Source of the DNA: the human T2T-CHM13v2.0 reference genome, Homo sapiens
Reading direction: 5' to 3' (one strand)
Length of the DNA: 64,000 bases
Assembly: GCF_009914755.1 (NCBI RefSeq)
Contig: NC_060937.1
The translations under genes were made by a program, and so were the position numbers. Shown here piece after piece: positions 30,101 to 42,500 of the stretch. Position 1 is the stretch's first letter, and each line of letters begins with the position of its first letter. The notes beneath the pieces were generated by a model. It saw nothing but the letters and a program-made list of their open reading frames with translations. It was not told the DNA's origin and made no database searches.

Positions 30101-33100
30101 ATTCAAGTGCATTCCATTTCATTAGATTCCATTCCATTCCGTTCCCTTTCACTCCACTCCACTTCATTGAATTCCTTTCCATCCCATTCCATTCTTTCCC
30201 ATTCCATTCCATTCAACGCCATTCCACTCCACTCCACCGCACTCCATTCAATTCCATTCAACCCCTTTCCTTTGCACTCTATTCCACTCCAGTAAACTCC
30301 AATCCACTTTACCACATTCCTTTTGATTCATTTGATTTGATTCCGTTCCATTCCATTCCCTTCGATTCCATTCCATTAAATTCCATATCATTTGATTCCA
30401 TTCCATTCCATTCCATTCCACTCCACTTCACTTCATTGCATTCCATTCCATTCCACTCCGTTCGATTCCATTCCATTCCACTCCATTCCATTTAAATCCA
30501 TTCCACTCATTTCCACTCCATTCAATTGCACTCCATTTCATTAGATTCCATTCCATTCCGTACCCTGTCACTCCACTCCACTCCGTTAAATTCCTTTCCA
30601 TCCCATTCCATTCTTTCCCATTCCATTCCACTCCATTCCCCTTCGCTCCTCTCCAGTCCATTTAATTCCATTCCATCCCATTTCATTCCACTATATTCCA
30701 CTCCACTGCTCTGCAGTGGACCGCATTCCATTCGATTGTATTTGATGCCATTCAATTCCATTCCATTCGATTCCACTACATTCTATTACATTCCATTCGA
30801 TTCCATTCCATTTGATTCCATTGTGTTCAATTCCATTAAATTCGATTCGGTTCCATTCAAGTCCATTCCATTCGAGTCTATTTCATTCCTTTCCATTCCA
30901 TTCCATTCCATTGCATTCCATTCAATTCCATTGTACTTCACTCCACTACACTCCTCTGGACTCCACTCCATTCAATAACATTCCATTCCATTCCATTCCA
31001 TTCCATTTCCTTCCATACCACTCAATTGCATTCCATTCCACTCCACGCCACTCCACTCTACTGCACTCCTATCCACTCCATTACATTCCACTCCACTCCA
31101 ATCCACTTCATTCCCTTCTATTTCACTCCAATCCACTCCACCCCACTCCACTCCAATCCACTCCATTCCACTCCATTCCATTCCATTCCATTGCATTCCA
31201 TTCCTTTCCATTCCGTTCCACTCCACTCCACTCCAGTCCACACTGTTCAGTTACATTTTTTCCCATTGCATTTTGTTCAACCCCATTACACTCCACTCCA
31301 TTCCACTCCACTCCACTTCACTTCACCACATTCATTCGATTCCTTTCAATGCCATTCGATTCCATTCCATTCATTTCCGTTTCTTTTTATTCCTTTCCAC
31401 TCAATTCCATTCCTTTGGATTCCATTCAATTCCTTTCCATTCCATTCGATTCCATTCCATTTGATTCTATTCCTTTCCACTGCACTCCACTCCATTCCAC
31501 TCCATTCCATTCCATTCCATTCCACTCCAGTCCATTCCTTTCCACTCCACTCCAGTCCATTCCATTCCACTCCACTCCACTACTTTCCATTGAATTGTAT
31601 TCCACTCCACTCTACTCCACTCCACTCTATTCCATCCCATACCTTTGTACGCCACTCCACTCCACAGCACTCCACTCCGTTCAATTCCATTCTTTCCCAT
31701 TCCATTCCATTCCACTCCATTCCACTCCACTGCCCTGCACTCCATTCAATTCAATTCCATCCCATTCCTTTCCAATCCATTCCACTCCAGTGCCCTCCAC
31801 TTCACTTTACCACATTCCATTTGATTCTATTTAATTTGATTCCATTCCATTCAATTCCATTCCCTTCAATTCTATTCCATTCAATTCCATTCCATTCAAT
31901 TCCATTTCATTTCACTCCACTCCGCTATATTCCGCTCCATTCCGTTCCATTCCATTCCACTCCAATCCACTCCACTCCAATCCATTTCATTCCATTCCAT
32001 TCCACTCCACTCCATTCCATTCCATTTCATTCCATTCCATTCCATTCCACTCCACTCCATTCCATTCCATTCCATTCCATTCCATTACACTCCATTCGAT
32101 TCCATTCTATTCTGCTCCATTCCATTCAACTCCATTCATCTCCATTCCACTCCATTCAATTGCATTACATTACATTCGATTCCATTCCATTCCATTCCCT
32201 TCCACTCCACTCCTCTCTGTTCAATTCCTTTCCATCCCAATCCATTCCATCCCATTCCATTCCATGCCACTCCATTTCACTCCACTCCTTTCCACTCCAT
32301 TCAATTCCATTCCACCCCTTTCCATTCCATTCCGTTCCACTTCACTGCAATCAAGTGGACCGCATTCCACTGGATTCCGTTCGATGCCATTCGATTCCAT
32401 TCCATTCGATTCCACTCCATTCTATTCCATTCTGTTAGATTCCATTCCATTCGATTCCATTAAATCGATTCTGTTCCATTCGACTCCATTCCATTTGACT
32501 ATGTTTCATTCCATTCCATTCCATTCCATTCTATTCCATTCCATTCTTCTGCACTCCACTCCACTACCCTGGACTCCACTCCATTCAATACCATTCCATT
32601 CCATTCCATTCCTTTCCATTCCACTCCATTGCATTCCACACCACTCCATTGCATTCCATTCCACTCCACTCCACTCCACTGCACTCCACTCCACTCCATT
32701 CCATTCCATTCCATGCCATTCCACTCCATTCCGTTTCTTTCCACGGCAATCCACTCCACTCAACTCCACTCCCTTCTATTCCTTTCCACTCCATTCCACT
32801 CCAATCCATTCCATTCCTCTGCCATCCCCTCCATTCCACTCCATTTCATTCCATTCTATTCGATTCAATTTAATTCCATTGCATTCCATTCCACTACACT
32901 GCACTCCATTCCTTTCCTTCCCATTCCATTCCATTCCACTCCATTCCACTCCATTCCATTCTACTCCACACCACTCCATTCACTTCCATTCCACCCCATT
33001 GAATACCACGCCTTTCCACTCTACTCCACTCCACTTCACCAGATTCCATTCAATTCCAATTGATGCTATTTGATTCCATTCCATGTGATACCATTCCTTA

Positions 33101-33500
33101 TGATTGTATTCCATTCGAGTCCATTCAATTCCATTCCACTCCACTCCACTCCTCTCCACTCCATTCCTTTCCATTCCATTCCACTCCACTCCACTCCACA
33201 CAGTTCAGTTACATTTTGTCACATTCCATTACATTCCACCTCATTCCATTCCTCTCCATTCCACTCCACACCTCTCCACTTCACCTCATGCCATTCGATT
33301 CCATTCCATGACATTCGATACCATTTCATTCGTTTCCATTCCTTCCGTTTCTATTCCATTCGATTCCATTACTCTCCACTCCACTCCATTCAACTCCACT
33401 TGATTCAATTCCATTCGCTTCCAATCCATTCCATTCCACTCCTCTCTTTTCCATTCCACTCCACTCCATTCTACTCTTTTCCATTCCATTCCACTATATT
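24180..33500 (+). repeat. Nested higher-order repeat inside the satellite (superunits of ~4.7 and ~3.9 kb built from ~1.4-1.6 kb subunits)
   Basis: Rare non-pentamer landmarks recur in a fixed order: CAC(C)AGATTCC at 24356/29101/33038; GTG(G/A)ACC(G/A)CATTCC at 25562/26978/28461/30716/32355; AGTGCCCTCC at 26575/27965/31789; C(T/C)CTGGA near 25770/27216/28681/30954/32567. Boundaries are approximate. Confidence 0.75.
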
Positions 33501-36500
33501 CCATTCCACTCCACTCAACTCCGCTCCACTCCACTCTAATCCACAACACTCCATTCCATTCCATTCCATTCCATTGCATACTACTCCACTCCACTCCCCG
33601 CAACTCCACTCCAATCCATTCAATTCCATTCCTTGCCATTCCATTCCATTCCACTCCACTCCACTCCACTTCATTCCACTCTATTCCACTCTATTCCATT
33701 CCATTCCATTCCATTCCACTCTTTTCCATTCCATTCCATTCCATTCCATTCCATTCCATTCCATTTCATTCCATTCCATAGCATTCTTTCCACTCCATTC
33801 CACTCCACTCTGTTCAATTACATTTCTTCCCATTCCATTGCATTCCACTCCATTCCAATCCACCCCACTCCACTCCAATCAATTCCAATCCATTCCACTC
33901 CATTCCATTCCATCCCCTTCCACTCCATTCCACTCCACTCCAGTACAGTGCATTCCATTTCATTTCATTCCATTTCATTCAATTCAATTCCACTCCATTT
34001 CATTCCATACCTTTCAATTCCATTTCAATATATTCCTCTCCACTCCACTCCATTCCATTCTGTTCCTTTGCATTCCACTTACCTGGTCTCCATTCCCATC
34101 CATTCAATTCCATTCCACCCCATTCCTTGCCACTACTTTCCACTCCCTCCACTTGTTTCCATTTGATTCCATTCGAAGCCATTCCATGCAACTCCTCTTT
34201 TCAATTGATCCATTCGATGCCATTCGTTGCCATTCCATTTGATTCCATTTCACTCAAATCAATTCCATTTGATTCCATTCCATTCGATTCCATTTCATAC
34301 GAGTCTGTTCCATTCGGGGACATTCCATTCAAGTCCATTCCATTCGAGTGCATTCCTTTCTAGTCCATTCCATTCCTGTACATAACATTCGAGTAAATTT
34401 CATTCCATTCCATTCCATTCCATTCCACTCCATCCCAATCCATTCTATTCCATTCCATTGCATTCCACCGCATTCCACTCCATTCCACTGCATTCCACTC
34501 CACTCCATTCAATTCCATTCAATACAATTCTGTTTCATTTCACTCCATTCCCCTCCACGCCACTACATTCTATTCCATTCCACTCCACTCCACTACATTT
34601 CACTTCATTCCATTCCACTCCACTCCACTCCACTCCACAACTCTCCACTCCACTCCATTCCAATCAATTCTACTATTTCTACCTCATTCCATTTAACTCC
34701 ACTCCATCCCATTCCATTCCAATCCACTGGATTCCATTCTTTGCATATTACTCCATTCCACTGCACTCAACTCAACTCGGTTCAATTCTATTCCTTACCA
34801 TTCCATTCTATTCAAATCCATTCGACACCACTCCCCTCTACTGCATTCAATTGCATTCCACACCATTCTATTCCAATCCATTCCACTCGACTCCACTCCA
34901 CCTCATCGAAGTCCACTGTATTCCCTTTCATGCCATTCTATTCCATTCAATTCGACTCCATTCCATTCTATTCCATTCCATTCTAGTCCATTCCATGCGA
35001 GTCCCTTCTATTATATTCCATTCCATTCGAGTCCATTACATGCGAGTTCATTCCTTTCGAGTCCATTCAATTCAAATCCATTCCATTCAAGTCCATTCTA
35101 TTCCAGTCTATTCCATTCCAGTCCACTCCCTTCGAGTGCCTTCCATCGAGTCCATTACATTCGTGTCCATTCCTTTCCAGAACATTACATTCCAGTCCAT
35201 TACATTCGAATCCATTCCATTCCATTCCTTTCAAATCCATTCCATTCCATTCTATTCCATTGCATAATATTCCACTCCACACCACTCCACTCCACTCCAT
35301 TCCATTCCATTGCTTTCTACTCCTCTCCATTCCACTCCAGTCCATTCAATTCCACTCCTTCCAATTCCATTCCATTCCAATCCATTCCAACCCACTCCAA
35401 TCCACTCCACTCCTTTCAATTCCATTCCACCTCTTTCCATTCCACTGCATTTCACTCCACCCCACTCCACTTTGCCGTGTTCTATTTGATTGCATTTGAT
35501 GCCATTTGATTCCCTTCCATTCGATTCCTTCCATTCCATTCAATACAATTCAATTCCATTCCATTCGATTCCTTTCAATTGCATTCCATTCCATTCCCTT
35601 CCATTCCATTCCATTCCGCTCCACTCCATACCACTCTGCTGCATTCCATTAAATTCGACTCAATTCCACACCATTTAATTCCATTCCATTAAATTCCAGT
35701 CCATTCCTCTCCACTACAATACATTTTACTCCACTCCACTCCATTCCATTCCATTCCTTTGCATTCCACTCCATTCCACTCCACTCCATTCAATTCCACT
35801 CCTTCTCATTCCATTCCATTCCAATCCATTCCATCCACTCCATTCAATTCCATTCCACTCCACTTCACTCCTATCCACTCCATTCCACTCCACTCCGCTC
35901 CACTCCTCTCCATTCCACTCCACTCTCTCCACTTCTCTCCACTGCATTCCATTCCCTTTCATTCCTTACCACCCCATTCCACTCCACTCCTTTCCATTCC
36001 ATTCCATTCCACTCCACTCCATTCCATTCCATTCCACTCCACTCCATTCCATTCCTTTGCATTCCACTCCACTCCGGTACACTCATCTCCACTCAGTACA
36101 ATCGCATTCCTTAGCATTTCATTCTATTGAACTCCATTCTACTCCACTCCACTCCTTTCCACTGCATTCAATTCCTTTCCACCCCATTCCATTGCACACC
36201 ATTTCATTCCAATTCACCGCATTCCACTGGATTCCATTCGATGCTATCCTTTTCCATTCCATTTGATTCCATGCCATTCGATTCTATTCCTTTCGAGTCC
36301 ATTCCTTGCAAGTCCATTCCATTCAATTCCATTCCTTTTGAGTCCGTTCCATTCGAGTTCATTCCTTTCTAGTCCATTCCATTCTGATCCATTCCATTAG
36401 AGTCAATTCCATTCCAGTCCATTCCATTCCATTCCATACGAATTCATTCCGTTCTAGTAAATTCCATTTGAGTCCATTCCATTCCAGTCCATTCCTTTCA

Positions 36501-39500
36501 AATCCATTCCATTCGAATCCATTCCATTCCATTCCATTGCATTCCACTGCACTCCACTCCATTCCATTGCATTCCACTTCACTCCATTCCACCCCAGTCC
36601 ATTCAATTCCATTCCTTCCCATTCCTTTGCAATCCATTCCACTCCACTCCACTCCATTCAATTCCATTTCTTCCAATTACATTCCATTCCATTCCACTCC
36701 ACTCCACTCCATTCAATTCTATTCCACCCTATTCCATTCCACTGCATTTCAATCCACTCCACTCAACTTCACCGCATTACATTCGATTCCATTTCATGCC
36801 ATTTGATTCCATTCCATTCGATGCCATTCCATTCGATTCCATACAATTCGATTCCTTTCCTTTCGATTCTGTTACATTGCATTCCATTCCATTTCATTCC
36901 ATTCCATTCGAATCCATTCTATTCCATTCCATTCCATTCCATGCGAGTCCTTTCCATTCGAGTCCCTTCCTTTCCAATCCCTTCCATTCCATTCCATTCC
37001 ACTCCATTACACTTCACTCCATTCCAATCCACTGCATTTCATTCCATTCGATTCAATTCCACTCCATTGCATTCCATTCCTTTCCATTCCATTCCATTCC
37101 CCTCCATTCCTCTCCAATCCACTACACTTTACTCCATTCCACTACTTTGCATTCCATTCAATTCCTTTACTTTCCACTCCACTCCTCTCCATTCAGTTCC
37201 ATTCTTTCTCTTTCCATTCCACTCCATTACTCTCCACTCCAGTCCACTCCATTCCATTCATTTGCATTCCACCCCGTTCCAATCCACTCCATTCCACTGT
37301 ACTCCAATCCACTCCACTTCACCGCATTCCATTCGATTCTATTCGATGCCATTTGATTCCATTCCTTTCGAGTCCATTCCATTCAGTTTCATTCAATTCG
37401 ATTCTATGCCACTCGATTCCATTCCGTTTGAGTCCATTCCATTCCAGTCCATTCCATTCGAGTCCATTCCATTCCATTCCATTCCATTCCATTCCACTCC
37501 ACTCCATTCCATTTCAATCCATTCCTCTCCACTGCACTGTACTCCACTCCATTCCTTTCCACCCCATTCGATTCCACTCCTCTCTATTCCATTCCATTCC
37601 ATTCCACTCCATTCCATTCCTTTGCATTCCACCCCACTGCATGCCACTCAACTCCATTCGGTTCAATTCCATTCATTCCAATTCCATTCTATTGAACTCC
37701 ATTCCACTCCACTCCACTCCACTGCATTCAATTCCTTTCCACCCCATTCCATTCCTATCCATTCCACTCCATTTCACTCCACTTCACAGCATGCCTCTGG
37801 ATTCCATTCGAAGCAATTCTAATCCCTTCCATTCGATTCCACTTCATTCGATTCCATTCCTTTCGATTCCATTCCATGTGAGTCCATTCCATTCGATTCC
37901 ATTCCATTCAAGAGCATTCCATTCCAGTTCATTCTTTTTGAGTGCATTCCATTCCAATCCATTCCATTCGATTCCATTCTTTTTGAGTGCATTCCATTCC
38001 AATCCATTCCATTCGAGTACATTCTATTCCAGTCCATTCCATTCTTTCCATTCAATAGGAGTGTTTTCCATTCTATTAAATTCCATTTGAGTCCATTCCA
38101 TTCCAGTCCATTCAATTCCAGTCCATTCCATTCGAATCCCTTCCATTCCATTCCGTTCCATTGCATTCCACTTCACTCCATTCAACTACAGTCCATTCAA
38201 TTCCATTCCTTCCCATTCCATTCCAATCCATTCCACTCCACTCCACTTCATTCAATTCCATTCCAGCCCATTCCATTCCACTGCATTTCACTCCACTTCA
38301 ATCCATGTCACAGCATTCCATTCGATTCCATTTGATGCCATTTGATTCCATTCCATTTGATTCCATTCCATTCAATTCCATACAGTTCAAGTGATTTCCT
38401 ATAAATTCCTTTCCATTCCATTCGAGTCCATTCCATTCCATTCAATTGCATTCCATTGCATTCCATTCCAATCCACTCCACTCCTCTCCATTCCACTACA
38501 TTTTAATCCTCTCCACTCCACTCCATTCCATTCCATTCCATTCATTTGCATTCCACTCCACTCCACTACACTCCATTCAATTCCATTCCTTCCCATTTCA
38601 TTCAATTCGACTCCATTCCACTCCACTCCACTGCACTCTATTCAGTTGCATTCCAACCCATTCCATTCCACTCCTTTCCACTCCACTCCACTTCATCACA
38701 TTCCGTTCGATTCCATTCAATGCCATTCAGTTCCATTCTTTTAGAATCCACTACATTCAATTACATTCCATTCGATTCCATTCCATTCATGTCCATTCCA
38801 TTCGTGTCCATTCCATTACAGTCCATTACATTCCTTTCCATTCCATTCCACATCACTCCACTCCACTCCTCTCCATTCAATTCCATTCCATTGCATTCCA
38901 CTCCGCTCCAGTCCTCTCCAATCCGTTCAATTCCATTCCATTCCATTCCACTCCGCTCCAGTCCTCTCCAATCCGTTCAATTCCAATCCATTCCATTCTA
39001 TTCCATTCCACTACATTCCACTCCCATCCACTCCATTCCATTCCATTCCACTCCACTCCATTCAATTTCATTCCATTCCTCTCTACTTCACTCCATTCTA
39101 ATCCACTCCACTCCACTCCTCTCCTCCCCACTCAGTTAAATTACATTCCTTTCCACCCCATTCCATTCCACTCCATTCCATTCCTTTCCATTCCATTCCA
39201 TTCCATTACATTACATTCCCTTCCACTCCATTCCATGGCATTCCACTCCATTCCATTCCATTACATTCCATTCAATTCCATTCCACTCGACTCCATTCCA
39301 TTCCATTCCTCTTCACTCCACTCAGCTCCACTCCACTCCATTTCACTCCAACCCAATCCACTACACTACACTCAACTGCAATCTATATCATGCCATTCCA
39401 TTCCATTGCATTCCATTGCATTCTATTCCATTCCATTGCATTCCATTCCATTCCAATGCATTCCATTGCATTCTATTCCATTCCATTGCATTCCATTCCA

Positions 39501-42500
39501 TTCCAATGCATTCCATTCCATTGCATTCCATTCCATTCCGTTGCATTCCTTTGCATTCCTTTCAATTCCATTTGATTGCATTGCATTCCTTTCCATTCCA
39601 TTTCATTACACTACATTGATTCCATTCCTTTCTATTCTATTCCATTCCATTCCAATCCATTCCACTCCACTCAATTCCTTTCCATTCCATTTCACTCCAT
39701 TCCATTCCATTCCATTTCACTCCACACCACTCCATTCCACTCCACCCCGCTCCATTCCATTCCATTACATTGAACTACATTTCTCTGCAGTCCTCTCCAT
39801 TCAATTCCATTCCTTCCAAATCTATTCCATTCCACTCCATTCAACTCCAGTCCACTCCATTCAATTGCACCCTGTTCTCTTCCACCCCATTCCACTCCCC
39901 TCCTCTTCATCACGTTCCATTCGATACCATTTGATGCCATTCGCTTCCTTTCCATTCGATTCCATTCCATTTGATTCCATTCCATTCGATACCACTCCAT
40001 TCGAATGTATTCCACTCGAGTCACTTTCATTGGCGTCCATTGAATTCCATTCCATTTTATTTCGTTAGATTCATTTTCATTCTGTTGCATTCCATTCCAT
40101 TCCATTCCATTTCAGTCCATTCCATTGCATTCCATTCCATTCCGTTGCATTCCATTGCATTCCATTCCATTCCATTGCATTCCATTGCATTCCATTCCAT
40201 TCCGTTGCATTCCATTGCATTCCATTGCATTCCATTGCATTCCATTCCATTCCATTCGATTCCATTCCATTCCATTCCATTCCATTACATTCGAATCCAT
40301 TCCATTCATTTCGATTCCATTCCATTCCATTCCATTCCATTCCAATCCATCCCATTCATTTCGATTCCATTCCATTCCATTCCATTCCACTCCATTCAAT
40401 TACATTCCATTCAATTCGATGTCATTCCATTCCATTCTATTCCATTCCACTCCATTCCACTCCACTGAATTCCATTCCATTCAATTCCACTCCATTCCAT
40501 TCCATTCCCTTCCATTCCATTCCATTCCATTCCACTCCACACCACTCCATTCCACTCCACCCCACTCCATTCCATTCCATTCCATTGCACAACACTGCTC
40601 TCCAGTCCACTCTGTTCAATTCCATTCCTTCCCAATCTATTCCATTCCACTCCATTCAACTCCAGTCCACTCCATTCAATTCCATTGCACCCTATACCCT
40701 TCCACTCCATTCCACTCCACTCCACTTCACAACATTCCATTCTAATACACTCTATGCCATTCGATTACTTTCCATTTGATTCCATTCCATTGGATTCCAT
40801 TCCATTCGATACCACTCCATTCAAATCCATTGCATTCGAGTCCATTCCATTGGAATCCATTGTTATTCCATTCCATTTTATTCCATTCTATTCCATTCCA
40901 TTTCATTCCATTGCATTCCATTCCTTTGCATTCCATTTAATTGCATTCCATTCAATTCCTTTCTATTCCATTTGATTCCATTCCATTCCATTCCACTCCA
41001 TTAAATTCGATGTCATTCCATTCGACTCAATTCCATTACATTCCATTACATTCCTCTCAATTACATTCAATTCGATTCCAATCCATTCGTTTCCATTCCA
41101 TTTGTATCCACTCCATTCTATTACATTCCATTGGTTGCCATTCCATTAGATTCCATTCTATTCGATTCCATTCCTTTCGATTCCATTCCATTTCAATCCA
41201 CGTCATTCGATTCCATTTCATTCCCGTCCATTCCTTTCCAGTCCACTACGTTCGAGTCTATTCCTTTCAAGTCCATTCCATTCCATTCGTTTCCATTCCA
41301 GTACATTCGATTCCAATCCACTCCATTCTACTCCACTTCATTCCATTCCATTCCATTCCACTCTATTCCATGCCATTCCGCTCCATTCCATTCCATTCAT
41401 TTCCACTCCACTCCATTCTCCTCCACTCCACTCCACCCCACTACATTCCATTCCATTCCATTGCACTACACCCCTCTCCAGGCCACTCCATTGAATTCCA
41501 TTCCTTCCCAATCTATTCCATTCTACTCCATTCCTCTCCAGTCCACTCCACTCCATTCAATTTCATTGCACCCTATTCCATTCCACTGCATTCCACTCCA
41601 ATCCAGTTCACCACATTGCATTCTATTCCTATCAATGCCATGCGATTGCATTCCATACTATTCCATTCCATGCAATTCCAATCCATTCGATTCCATTCCA
41701 TTCGAATCCATTCCACTTGATTAAATAATTCCATTCAGTTCCTTTCCTTTCCATTCCATTTCCTTCCATTCCATTGCATTCCATTCCATTCCATTCCATT
41801 GTTTTCCATTCCTTTCCATTCCATTCCATTCCATTCCATTTGATTCCAATCCAATCCATTCCATTCCATTCCTTTCTATTTCATTCCATTCAATTCCATT
41901 CCATTCAGTTCGATATCATTCCATTCGATTCGATTCGATTCCATTCCATTCCATTCGGTTACATTCAATTCTATTCCATTCCTTTCATTTCCATTCCATT
42001 CGATTCCATTCCATTCAGTTACATTACATTCGGTGTCATTCCATTTGATTCCATTCCACTGGATTCCATTCCATTCGATCCCACTCCATTCGATTCCATT
42101 GCATTCAAGTCCATTCCTTTGGAATCCATTGCGTTCCATTCCTTTCCATTCCATTAGATTTCATTCCATTCCATTGCCTTCCCTTTGATTCCATTCCATT
42201 CCATTTGATTCTGTTTGATTCCATTGCATTCAATTCCATATCATTCCATTCGATTCCATTCCATTCAATTCCATTCCAATCGATTGCATTCAATTCAATT
42301 CCATTCCATTCGTTTCCATTCCATTCTATTACATTCCATTCATTGCCATTCCATTCGATTACATTCTATTCGATTCCATTCCATTCCTGTCCATACCATT
42401 AGAGTACATGTCATTTGAGTCCATTTCATTCCCGTCCAGTCCATTCCGGTCCATTACATTTGAGTCCATTCCATTCGAATCCATTGCATTCCATTCCGTT

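Noticed and set aside
24180-33500. Regularly recurring landmarks as a CRISPR-like repeat/spacer array
   Set aside because: The intervening DNA is itself satellite rather than unique spacers, the spacing is kb-scale, the context is eukaryotic and there are no cas genes.
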